Shown: positions 51,885-64,000 of the stretch, piece by piece
Layout of the letters: each line of letters opens with the position of its first letter
Numbering within the stretch: position 1 is the first letter of the stretch
The notes under the pieces: generated by a model
What the model was told of the DNA's origin: nothing
The model's database searches: none
Seen by the model: the letters and a program-made list of their open reading frames with translations, nothing else
Assembly: GCA_048128005.1 (NCBI GenBank)
Contig: JBEUKZ010000131.1
Location: 496,001-560,000 of the forward strand
From: Veleropilina oligotropha
Lineage: Eukaryota
Reading direction: 5' to 3'
Length of the DNA stretch: 64,000 nt
Translations under genes and position numbers: made by a program

Positions 51885-52040
51885 TCACAGACTGTTTAGG
51901 AAGAACTCTATAGGAACGAGAAAAGCTGCCTTCAACCAAGAGTTCCCTCGCTCAACATACCAAACGTATCCACTACCAGATGTTGGTTTTGATAACTCTT
52001 CTTCTGACATCGCTTCCAGATCCACAAAGGCTGGTACAAG
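51885..52040 (+). pseudogene. Fragment of Academ-type transposase C-terminal (post-XPG) region
   Basis: Manual translation HRLFRKN.../KLPSTKSSLAQHTKRIHYQMLVL...LPDPQ/GW fits the LPPTxxxLxxHxxRAxYQxxxW...PxxxGW motif. Confidence 0.55.
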
Positions 52041-53479
52041 AATCATGCCACAGGCAAAATGAACCCACAAATAATGACTGATGGTTCTCTACCATTAAAA
52101 TTCAGTAGTATTGTGAACTGTTATCTAGGGCTGTCGTTCCATGCAATTAAAGTTGATTCAGTCCGATGCAATGGCCATAATTGCCGCGCGATAATTGCCG
52201 CAATAACAAAATGGTTATAAAAGATAATGATTGTGTTGAATTTGTGTAGATGTTGTATAATTTATGCAACTGCTGTATATTGAAAGACTAGTTTTGTATC
52301 AGTTTGCAACAGCTTCTTTCCACCAGACGCTACCTAGTATGTTTATTTTACGTGCATCGTAATACATCGATTCAGCCGCTCTTTGTTTGCAGAAGCAACT
52401 GGACATATTGAAGAAGGACAACTCTGGAACAATAGTGTGTTTCAAATATTGATGGCAGTTACCTATTTGGTCCCAACTCCCATTCCTTCTCCTTAGAGTA
52501 GGTCATATTTAGGGAGAACCTTCCACAACTTTCCCCACCCTTCCTCCAACGTTACCCCTATAGAATAGAAAAACTAGTTTACTACCTTACATATTTACTA
52601 TGTTGATCTAGATATTTCCTAGATATTTTGAATTTTCCTGTTCGTTCCTAATCTCTTCAAATAAGTTTTAAATCGATTTTGAATTGGTTAAATATCTACC
52701 AAGGTTCCTACGTAACTTCCATATTAAGCCACTGTAAAGTTGTTGTGATTCTTTGCAGATTGTCTGGTTGATCAGTTGATACTCTGTATTGTATTGGAAT
52801 AACACATCCGGGAGGTTTATTACACCGGTTTTTAGTACTACTTGTGATTGTTCCGTGGAATTTAACATGCAATTATCTACATATTGCTCTTGTATAATAC
52901 ACAGTCGTGTTTGTCGTTATTACTCGGCGGTTAATCAGTTAGGGTTCTCATTTCTTCATTGACTCCGCATATTACCCATGTTGCATTACGTAAGCATACA
53001 ACTGATCGATTGAATCAATCAGATATCATATCGTGGACTGATCGTCATCGGCAAATTATCCATTATTTCATTTCGCAAATATAATGAATCACCTACAAAT
53101 GCTTTATGTCATTATCGCTGATTGAATAGGAACTGATTATAATTGGCCTGATAGAACGTGGAATATTGATGGAGTCGTGTGCAATATGGCCGCCATGAAT
53201 TCCAAATGAAGGTGTACGTACATCCAATTGCGAAGTTCGATGGCAACATTACGTTATTGTTCAATTTAAATCTGAAAGGAGAATGTCATGTCCTTCAACT
53301 ATATTTGTAAAGTATAGCGCATGTCAATCTCAGAAGAATGACGTTTTGTAATGTCGCATAATTATCCAAAATGCAAACTAGATTCGTATGACCAATGCAG
53401 TCTTCCATAGATCATCATCAGTGTCAATCTCCAGTGAATTGTATTACTTTAAACTATATTAGAGTTTAGTATTCAGAAG

Positions 53480-56040
53480 GTTACACTTGAAATAATTCAT
53501 TTGGGAGACAGTTCCATACCTGAGGCGCCCTGAATCGAGAAGACTTATACCATATCTAGTGGATTGTACATTTGGAATGCAAGCTTTGTTTTCCTCTCTG
53601 ATGTTATATGGGACATGTTTATGTGTGACTAAGTTACGGATGTAATCAGGAGAAATATTGTGAAGGATTTATAAGCTTCTTTAGCAATCAATTTAAGCCG
53701 AGCGATATGTAAATAAGATAGTCCATTCCTGTCCAAAAGTTGAAAGGTAGGTGTGGTAAAATCATCGTGTATGAATCGTACGGCTCGCTCCTGAACCTTC
53801 TCCATCTTTTTACTACTTCTTTGGCTACAGAAGTGCCAGACAAGGGGACAATAATTAAAGTTAGACATAATAAAAGCTTGAAATATGGATAATTTACCTT
53901 GATGACACAGAGTTGCTTAGATGCCTTCCTGCATATGGTTGAAATGTGTTCATCAAACTTCAGTTCAAAATCTATATTTATGCCCAATAGCTGCACATTC
54001 TTATCACAGTGAACAATAGTATCGTTTATTTCAAACGAGTTGATACAATCGCGTGTCTTTTTGCCAATGCTAATTGCCTGAAATTTATCGGGATTGGCTT
54101 TCATACCATTTTGACCAAACCACGCAATCAGCTTCTTGTCGTCGTGTATGAGTGATTTTTAAGAATTTCAGGATTAACTTATAAGACAAAGTATTGTCAT
54201 CTGCATAGTTATACAGCGTACAGTGTTCAACAACTTGAAAGATATCGTTTAAAAATATGTTGAAAGGCAAAGGCCACAGTATGGAGCCTTGGGGGACACC
54301 CTTAGCTAAATACTCCCAGTCGCTGCTAACAGAGCTCAGCCTAGTCTGTTGCTGAGATAGCTGCCGATGAGATTCACTGCTGATTCTCCCAGCCCATATG
54401 CTCGTAATTTCTCTAGCAACAGATTATGAAGTAGGCAGTCAAAAGCTTTGGAGAGGTCCATTAATATAGCAGCAACATATTTTCTCTCGTCAAGTGCTTT
54501 ACGCCAGTCCTCAATTAAGCGCAGCAGAGTAGTCTGGCAACCGAAACCAGACCTGAAAGCTGCCAAAAATAGATCAAATACATCATCAAAGAAGAGGACA
54601 AGTTGTTCGTTCAAGATTTTCTCAAATATTTTTATGATTGCTGGTAGAATACTAATTGGTCTATAATTACACTTGTCTAAGGGATCATGTTTTTTCAAAA
54701 TAGGGATTATCTTACCCTGCTTAAGTCTATCAGGAAATTGTTCTTGATATACACAGTAATTAAATAGAGTTGAAGCGGTTGGCTAAGGAATTGTGAGCAT
54801 GATTTCAATATTTTACTAGATATACCATCAGCACCCACTGCCTTCTTAACTTTAGTATTGTTTATTGTATTGGCTACTGTGCATGAAAGAACAGTATCCG
54901 TATGTCTGCTCAAGTTTTCAATTGAGGCAATACTAGGGTGGCTTGATAGGTCATCGTAATTGGCTAAGCCTGTGCCAATGTCTCGAGCGACGTTGGCAAA
55001 ATGATCATTACAAATGTTACATACATCTTGCTGGTTGGAGACTACCATGTTGTCTTCCATAAGTGTTGTGGGTTGTTTACCGTTCGTGAATTTATTTGAA
55101 AGAAACCGTTTGACGGTCGGCCAAAAGTCTTTAGAATTAGGGCCGCTTTGACAGCGTTCATAAAAGTATGTACGTATTGATTGTCTTTTGATTTTAACTA
55201 CTAAATTTCTCTGGAACTTATATAGCTCCCAGTTTGAGGATGACCGGTAACTTTTATAATTGTTAAAGAACATTCTTTTCTTATAGACAGCCCTTCTAAG
55301 TTCACTCTTAAAGAATGGTGTTTTAGTAAGTCTGGGTCGCTTTTCCTTAATAGGCATGTGATCATCTATTACATCTATAAGCATATGTGCCGTCGTGGCT
55401 CAGTGGGTTGTTCTCAGGACTCGGGTGGCAGAGTCTCGAATTCGCCCCCAAAGCTCGGCGATTTCACTTGGGCAAGGAAATAAGCACATATTTGCATCGG
55501 TTCACCCTGCCGATTAAATAGGTACCTGGTCGGTGTGATAATTAGTCGTAGCGCCCTTCAGTGGCAGCTTGACTGTAATGCTCTCATTGAGAGTTGAGAT
55601 GGGTTCTAGATCAGAACAGGCCGATAACCAGGGGTAATTATGTGATAGCGCTGTGAGCGTGCGACCTGGGCGGATACGGCGCAATATAAATGTCCATTAT
55701 TATTATTGTATTATTATATCTGCTCATGAGCCCAATATACATCATTAATATCATCAAATACATAGGTTGCATGAAAAGGTATTGCATTAATATCATTATT
55801 AAAGGACTCCTTGTCAAAGTTTTTCATACTCCTGAATTTGTATTTTTGGATCGGATTAATAGGGACCTGGCCCTTTATAACTGATCCAATAAGATTGTGC
55901 CAATCACTGATTCCGCATCTAAAGTTAAAAGTATTAAAGCATAAATTTGGGCGGTTTGTTACTATAACATCAACTAAAGAAGGGGTGGGGTCCTTGACAA
56001 AACATGTGGCACCCTTAATAATATTACGCATATCAAATAT
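53480..56040 (-). mobile_element. Decayed CR1/L2-group LINE ORF2 (APE end plus RT), interrupted by a SINE
   Basis: SLVDVIVTN...GISDWHNLI (APE); NYRPISILP, LMDLSKAFDCL, GVPQGSILWP, NYADDNTL, FNYCPLVWHFC; many frameshifts. Confidence 0.92.
55387..55715 (+). mobile_element. Full-length tRNA-headed CORE-type SINE with L2-like tail
   Basis: A box GTGGCTCAGTGG, degenerate B box tctcgaattc, CORE-like cttgggcaag...ttcaccc...aaataggtacc, tail gcgcaatataaat...(ATT)n; sits between LINE ORF pieces ending at 55384 and 55714. Confidence 0.8.
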
Positions 56041-56044
56041 ACGC

Positions 56045-56317
56045 TATCATATCTACCATCTATATACAGACATATAGAGATGTATCAGAGAACCTGCTAT
56101 CATATCTGCCATCTACGGACATATAGAGATGTATTAGAGGACCTGCTATCATATCTGCCGTCTATTGACATATAGAGATGTACCAGAGGACCTGCTATCA
56201 TATCTGCCGTCTACAGACATATAGAGATGTATCAGAGGACCTGCTATCATATATGCCGTCTATAAACATATATAGCTGTATCAGGGGACCTGCTATCATA
56301 TCTGCCATCTACATACA
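56045..56317. repeat. Tandem array, ~49-bp unit x~5.5, abutting the LINE 5' truncation
   Basis: ctgctatcatatctgccgtctacagacatatagagatgtatcagaggac. Confidence 0.92.
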
Positions 56318-57505
56318 TGAAAGTCTGTTATTGAATCATTGGAGTAATACCGTGTTACGCGAAGTGTTGATTCAGAATCATATCAAAGTTTGCGTATGCT
56401 TAAGAGGTTCTCAATGTAATCAATTACCAAAGGGCACACTTAAGTGAAATCGCTTGTTTAGTAAAAAAAATCCATATTTCCCCTTTGCGTGGCGGACACG
56501 TTTAGCTAATTAAACTACCTATTGGACGATGCACTAATTGCATGCATGGATTACATAAAATCGACAACAAACAACAGTAGACTGTCTCAACAGATTATTA
56601 AGGAAATCCATAACATAATGTTTAAATTACACAGTTTTCAATAGTGCGTCATCAACCTATGCTCTCATATAGGCTTAATAATTTATTTTATAAACAAATT
56701 GATCTGTATGATATGTAATATGTTTTCTCAATATGGCGTAAAACGCGGCACATGTTAGGAGAGACCTTCGTGAATGTCGTGATCAAGTCGACGATATAAA
56801 CTTTCTCGCTCTATCATCAATCATCCCTTGTGCCTCCGATTACCTCTTCTGAATATATTCTCAATACTATATCTCACATGTTGTGCCTAAGTCTATTCTG
56901 AATAATTCTATTTGTTCCTAAATCTCTTCGGATAATCTATTCTAATGATTTGTTGGTCAAATTCGCAGGGATTCGAAAGAGCTAGTTATAAGTTTAGGGA
57001 TGCAAATTCTTGTCGTCTTGTTAAAGATATTAATGTTCATAAATCTGTAAATGTCATCTCATGACAAACATCATCAATGTAAACATGATTGGTGCCTTTT
57101 GCTGACATGAATCAAATCTTTCGCAAGGTTAATGATGGTGCGTTTATAATGTTAATTAATAATACTATGTTGCTTAAAAAAGCAAATAGTACAATATCAC
57201 ATATATTTCTTCCCCGGACCCCAAGTCAGACAAACAAATGGGTTAACGAAATTATTGATTTAGACTCTCAACGGGTTTCGGAGGGTGGGGCACGATGCCC
57301 AAGTCTTATTATTATTTTTTATGAATGAACGTTGCTAAACGTGTTTAAAGTTAAAATAACCTGCTTAAAATATTGGTTAATTTAAATGGGCTGGTCAGCG
57401 GTACGCAAAATCTGATCAGGGGTAGAAAGATGCAAAGATCGGGCCAGGGGTAAGGAAATGGTAAACCAGGATCAACGGCGATCGATCAAGAGCTAAACAA
57501 TGGTC

Positions 57506-58210
57506 AAGCTCGAATCAGGGGTACGCAATACGTAAAGCTCGAATCATGGGTGCGCAATACGTACAGCTCGAATCAGGGGTGCGCAATACGTAAAGCTCGA
57601 CTCAGGGGTGCGCAATACGTAAAGCTCGAATCATGGGTGAGCAATACGTAAAGCTCGAATCAGGGGTGTGCAATACGTAAAGCTGGAATCAGGATGCGCA
57701 ATACGTAAAGCTCGAATCAGGATGCGCAATACGTAAAGCTCGAATCAGGGGTGCGCAATACGTAAAGCTCGAATCAGGGGTGCGCAATACGTAAAGCTCG
57801 AATCAGGATGCGCAATACGTAAAGCTCGAATCAGGGGTGAGCAATGCGTAAAGCTCGTATCAGTGGTGAGCAATACGTAATGCTCGAATCAGGGGTGCGC
57901 AATACGTAAAACTCGAATCAGGGTGAGCAATACGTAAGGCTCGAATCAGGGGTGCGCAATACGTAAAACTCGAATCAGGGTGCGCAATACGTAAAGCTCG
58001 AATCAGGGGTGCGCAATACGTAAAGCTCGAATCAGGGGTGCGCAATACGTAAAGCTCTAATCAGGGGTACGCAATACGTAAAGCTCAAATCAGGGGTACG
58101 TAATACGTAAAGCTCAAATCAGGGGTGAGCAATACGTAAAGCTTAAATCAGGGATGAGCAATGCGTAAAGATCGAATCAGGGGTGAGCAATACGTAAAGA
58201 TCGAATCAGG
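57506..58210. repeat. Tandem array, 28-29-bp unit x~24
   Basis: aagctcgaatcaggggtgcgcaatacgta; explains the repetitive ORF 57860-58045. Confidence 0.97.
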
Positions 58211-58459
58211 AGTGATGAAATGACGAATCCCATTAATTTTAAGTGTGGCTTTCGCCCCGCCAGTGCCCCCCTTCCGCCACAACACATCGTATGATAGTAA
58301 AATATTGACATTTATTTGTGGTCAGGAGGGTTTTTAAATCCAGTTATACTTCTGCAAAACACAAGTCATCGAGGTTTTTTGCATTTTTGATACCTTTAAG
58401 ACGTCTAGTCAACATTTTTGTATTTTCAATATGGCTGCCACCCGCATCCTCCGAAAACA

Positions 58460-59130
58460 AAGAGAAGCATATCTCAGAAACCTATTGGTCGAATTTCATG
58501 ATTTTTATTTGGAATAAATTTTCTGGGGTGCAGAGTTAATTTCTGAGGTAACTGAAGCAAATCGAGGTCAGGGTCACATAGTATGGTCAAGGTCATTTTT
58601 TGTCCAAATCTTATAAAAATTGCATCATCTCGACTAGTAATTGGTAGATTTTTATGATTATGCTGTCGAATTGTAAGTTTTATGGGATATTAAGTCAATT
58701 TCTGAGGTGACTAAAGCAAATAGAGGTCAAGGTCACATTATATGGTCAAGGTCATTTTTGTTCCAAAATTCGCTAAAATGGCATATCTCGGCTAGTAATA
58801 GGTAGATTTTCATGTTTTTGAAAACCGAGGGAATTTCTGAGGTGACTGAAGTATATCAAGGTCAAAGTGACTTGTTATGGCCAAGATGAAGGTCATTTTT
58901 GATCCAAAATCCGATAAAAATGTCATATCTCGGTTAGTAACGGTAATTGATATACTTTCATGATTTTGCTATCATATTATAAGTTTTCTGGGGTACCAAG
59001 TCAACTTTCGAGGTGACTGGAGCAAATCGAGGTCAAGGTCACATGGTATGATCAATGTCTGGGTCATTTTTGGTCAATAAAGTGATAAAACGACCAATCT
59101 CCGAAACTTATTGATCAATTCTGATGACGA
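58460..59130. repeat. Degenerate ~160-bp repeats x4, probably subterminal repeats of a DNA element
   Basis: Recurring aatttctgaggtgact.aagcaaat.gaggtcaaggtcacat...ggtcattttt...catatctcg. Confidence 0.75.
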
Positions 59131-59379
59131 TCATTGTACCAAACGGTAAATGTAGGGTATTGAACAGATAACCGGGGAATTTTAGTAAAATATTGACATT
59201 TATTTAACGGAATGCCACCAAGCCTAGAATGCTCACTACATATTATCTTATGGTCCCCATTATGAAATTTTATATGTCATTTTCCTCCTGCCAGTCCCCC
59301 CCCCCGCTTAATATGAGTATTGCCAGACTCAGCACTGTCTGTGCATGCCTGTTCCACATGGTCTCCATTATCTGTCGAC

Positions 59380-60060
59380 GAGGTGCGAGTCTGTTTGGAA
59401 TATAACTGCCTTCATACCATTCAAGCATCCAGCAAATTTGCAACACCTTCCAACCATAGTCAGTTGGATTATCCCCACCAGTTTAATCTGCCTTGTCAGC
59501 CCTCTACCAAAGCCTCGCCATGTACTGAGCACGTTTGATGTATTTGCCCAGTGTATTCGTACATGGTGGAAGAGACGCACAGTCGACTTTCTCCAGTCTG
59601 ACTAATGGCTCCTCGTAGCCACCACTGATTCGCATGATACTATATAACGTGGCTCATTGACGTCGAATGTCTTGAAACAATACATCGAACAGACGAAAAC
59701 AGCTGGGACATCGACTTCATCAGAGGAAAGGGAACGTACTGCCTTTGCATGGAGTTGAAATGGATTAATTTCCAAACGTTCAAAAGGCTTGACCTTGCCC
59801 TTTCGGAAGAAGCACGGTGTGAAGTCACATCCTGTCAAGGCTTGCAGACCAATCAGTGCTTCAGTGAATCCATGCTGTTTTCCCCCCAGAAGCGAAGCTA
59901 TCTTTGACACATCTATGTATCGCCTGTAATTACTAGAATCAGTCCAAACTATACTCAGTCCCGACAAACTCAAGGAGGATAATGAGGACATCTGTATCTG
60001 AGGACCTCGCGCAAAGAGGATATCGGATTCCTTGTGATGACCCTGAATTTGACTTGCTTC
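59380..60060 (-). pseudogene. Degenerate XPG/FEN1-like H3TH domain plus downstream motif of an Academ-type transposon
   Basis: RRYIDVSKIASLLG...EALIGLQALTGCDFTPCFFRKGKVKPF, then in a shifted frame SLPPCTNTLGKYIKRAQYMARLW*...NPTDYGW; stops and frameshifts, no introns. Confidence 0.7.
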
Positions 60061-63000
60061 CTGATTGCAGCTGGCCGTGTTCCATATTCATCATCTTGAT
60101 GTATTTTCCATCATGATTGGACCGTACTCCGACTTATTCTACTCTTCCATCACAAAATGTACAAACCCACCGCCACCCAATTCAAACGACCATGGAAGAG
60201 AGCAAGATGGTTTTATAATGAAGCCCTCATCATCTTATCATGGTCAAAGTTGGCTCCTGGTGAGTTCCTAGAAATGGTACAGTGTGGATATGAAAAGTCA
60301 TCGGTTGTATAATATTTTGTGTCTGTATAGGTGGTCCCTTGTTCCTCAACCCACTTACTAAGAGATCACATGCAAAAGATTAAACTAATGATGATGTCGA
60401 TTAATAATATCTTAAAGTAAAGACATCAAAACATATATAAACAGTCCTTCCTTTAGTAAGCTTTAATATAAAATCTTATTTAATCTAAAACTTATTGTTA
60501 TCATCCAGAAATGTTGACTAAAAGTCTGAAATGTATCAAAAATGCAAAAACTCTCTATGACTTGTGTTTTGACGGAGTATAACTGGATTTCCTCCTGACT
60601 ATAAATAAATGCCAATATTTTTACTATCATACGGTGTGTTATGACGGGGGGAGGGGCACAATTAAAATTACTGGCATTCATACTGTGTGTCCCCAATGCA
60701 AAATTTAATGTAGTTTTTAGCTTTGGCGCTTTCGGTTAAATAAATGCCATATTTGTACACACACACACACACCCGGTGGGGGGGGGGGGGTGATTTTGCG
60801 TAGAAAACCACAGCCAAGACTTGGCAGCAAAGCATTTTATTGAAGGTGGATGATAGTTCCATCAAAATATGGTGTCAAACCTTTTGGACCTCTTCGGTTG
60901 AATAACTAATCTGAGCTCCTGGTTTAAATACATGTTCGGCCAAACGAATCTTTGGATAAGAAGCGTATCTTCTGGGATGTACATTATCTTTTCGGAACCA
61001 ATATCTATAGATAACATAGCGCAAGTTGATGTTCTGAGAATACTGCATACAGTTTTGGGATACAGCGGATGTTTAAAACAACTTCATACTGGGATTTTGC
61101 AGAGCTAAATATGTTTTATTTGTTCTATGTATGCAGTCTTCTCATTTAACAGAGTACATAGGATTAACTTCGACGCCCCACCGCAGCGCGATCTGCAATT
61201 AGTAAATGCATACTCGGCTAAATCTCATCGTTGAATTGATATAAATCTCATTATTAAGCTGGGTTAAAGTTCATGATTTGACGCGCGGCCCAGAAATGGA
61301 TACAACTCTTAACCTGGCCTATTCCTATATGCTTTATCATGCGGCTGTTTGCCGATATCATTCCGACATATTCTGCTGCGACATGAGTGAGAGCCGGACA
61401 GTGGGCAGAATTTACAGTTTATTTAACTTCATCGATTGCCGGACGTAGCTGAGACAGATTACTTCTGCCAAACTGCTATCCGAACATGTTGGCTTAGAGT
61501 CGGAGGTGAGAGGTATCGACAGTTCCACTCCGTGTTCAGATTTACGATGTCTTTACATAGCGATGTGGATGTCTTTGCCATGCTGCATTAACGGATTAAT
61601 GATTAGTCTAAATCTTTTTTATCGTCAACACTAACAGGAAACAGCTCGATTCTTTAATGGCATGGATTTGTAGTTTTAAAATGTAGATTGCTGCCGCACT
61701 TCAACTGAAATCAATTTGTATTGAGTTGTCGCGGGAATACATTAGCTTTGCCTGATGTCTTCTGTTCGTTACTTCTCTTTTAGTTCACACATATTTAATG
61801 GCATCAAGAAAATGATACAGCAAAGGTGAACTATTAAATGATGGCAGAAACGATCTTATTTGAGGCACTGCATTCATTTCATTGTTATATCTAATGTTCT
61901 TTTTCGATTGTCAAGATATGAATAGCATTTAATGTTTGATTTTTCCTTTAATAATTCAATTGTCAATGATATGTTTAAGATATTCCGAAACCGAATTGAT
62001 TTTGGAAAATAAGTTTTGTTTTATTTTGGGTTTAACGTCCACTTTGAACATTATTTCTGTTAAATCGCAGACGTGAATTCATAACTTTCTATAATCATAT
62101 ACATTTTATAGACATCCATGTGAGTGAATATGACAATAATCGCAACACGGATTCATAAAGTGGGCCCCGAGTTTGATATAGAGCGGACAGCCAGCCGGAT
62201 GGCCAGTGTCACTCCTGAAGGTGATGCCCTATCTAAAATTTCTTATCAGATCATGCAAAAGTTGTATGAAATAAATGTGAACAGCAAAATATATTAATTA
62301 ATTCGCACTTGAAATTATATTACAAATATCGAAACTTAGAAAGGAGAAAGAAATATATAATATCTATGATATGCTTTCTGAGAAACTTAACGTGGAATTT
62401 CATTTCATTTTGATCTTGGAAAAGTGTCTCAAATTATGTTTCAGTTTTAACCATCCCCTCTGTTATAGGTGGAAAGAAAAGTAATCGATATTAAAAATAA
62501 AATAACAATCACCTTACAAAAATGGCCATCAATAAAATTTAACATAAGTCTTTAAATAAGCAACGCAAGTTTCTAATATAAATATATGATGACATATGCT
62601 GCGAAATATGACGGTGGTTTCAAATGAATGGATGAGTTGCCAACTGCAACATAATGTCTTCACATATAATAGACGTTCTCAAAATCGAGGATCGGTTATC
62701 TAGATTTACATAAATTTCCCATAGATTGACATTTGTGCGAAACAATATTGTTTAATGATTAGGTAATATCTAGCTTGACAAATGATATCTTTAGTTTCAC
62801 ATCTTATAAGTTTTAGCATTTAAAGTTATTAGCAAAATAGAGACGCTTGAAGACAAATAAAATTTGATTTATTGCGTATATTAGAGTTCTTAAAACAGTT
62901 ATTATTACATTATAAACATTATAAACACTCGCCACATGGTATATTTCCTGTCTCTGTGTATTTGTTTTAGTTAATATGTCTAACACTGTAATGACAGAAC

Positions 63001-64000
63001 ATGACGACGTCATTTGTAGTCACGGACAACAAACAAACTACCCTATAGACGGCGTCTCGGGTGATTTTAATGACCAAACACAATGGATTTCCTTTAAATA
63101 TTTAACGATTTCTCTTGAAATACATTGTAACAATACACCTTAAGAATTTTCAACCAATTATCTGACAAAAGTTAGGGATATAATTGGATTGTTAATTAAA
63201 AACATTTAAATAGTTATTTTGCCCCTTTCGAATATTTTTGCAATACAATAGTGGTCTAAAATTTTTAGTAGTAATGACTACGTAAAAATAGCAGAAAAGA
63301 TCAATGATGCTGTCAAATTGCTCTTCAAAGACGTCATCCTTTAAATTAAAAAAAATCGCATACAATGTAGGCAAACGTTTATTTCAACAAATACTTAAAA
63401 CGTCATGATAATAGTGCAAATGATTAAAATGATGCATTATACTCCAAAATGGAAAAACCCTCCATTTTTAGGTGGGCACCACCTCCGTTTTTCCGGTTGG
63501 CCTTTTTTTAGATCAAAATCCTTTCTCGATCAAGCTTGAAACTGAGTTATGGTTTTCATATACGAGTTTTGATCTGAAAATGCTTACCAAAATCAATTCG
63601 TTACAGGTGTATTATGGGACATCTTAATAAGCATCCGGTCATCCTCAGATCTGAATCAAATTACCCGGTTGGTACACTAATGATATGGCAGATGAAGTTA
63701 TTCTAAGGATGTTTAAATTCGCTTTAAATTCTTAATGTATGCCATACGTCAACATGCGACACGCGACGCCGGTCTCAATACTGCGCTCCAGCATATCTGC
63801 GGGTGGTTTACCGCGTCATTCAAAGATTGTTCTGACAACTGTCATTTAGCCTGAAGCCTTATACCGGCTGTGATGGTGGATCATTGGCAGATCTAACCAT
63901 TGTACTTTACCTACATAACTGAGACAGTGGTGTCTTGGAGGTGTTTTATGAATGTGGCACGTACTGGAATACTTCATATCCAGCGTTGCAAGTTTGTTTC

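Noticed and set aside
60060..64000. Short ORFs and isolated possible splice signals near the window end
   Set aside because: Could not assemble a coherent gene model; mostly AT-rich sequence and repeat debris.

Overview
AT-rich animal genomic DNA with spliceosomal GT-AG introns, probably a lophotrochozoan invertebrate (inferred from the SINE/LINE/Helentron repertoire, not proven). It holds two host genes. (1) The 3' part of a myosin light chain kinase-type gene on + (12 exons resolved, 178-10938: Ig-Ig-FN3-kinase-CaM-binding-Ser/acidic linker-terminal Ig), whose 5' end lies upstream of the window. (2) A complete two-exon MEAF6/Eaf6 gene on - (25119-24054). Nearly everything else is repeat-derived: decayed CR1/L2/Crack-group and RTE LINEs, tRNA-derived SINEs, Helentron-like (HINE) and Helitron non-autonomous elements, a 6-kb TIR element with TTA target duplication (Academ-like) holding nested insertions, two Academ XPG-domain remnants, a Tc1/mariner relic inside a SINE, long hairpins possibly of Crypton origin, and at least seven tandem arrays. 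The most unusual structure is a 97-bp near-perfect inverted repeat (96/97 identical) that brackets the MEAF6 first coding exon and putative promoter. There is no CRISPR array or prokaryotic operon. All coordinates were read by eye, and repeat boundaries may be off by a few bases.
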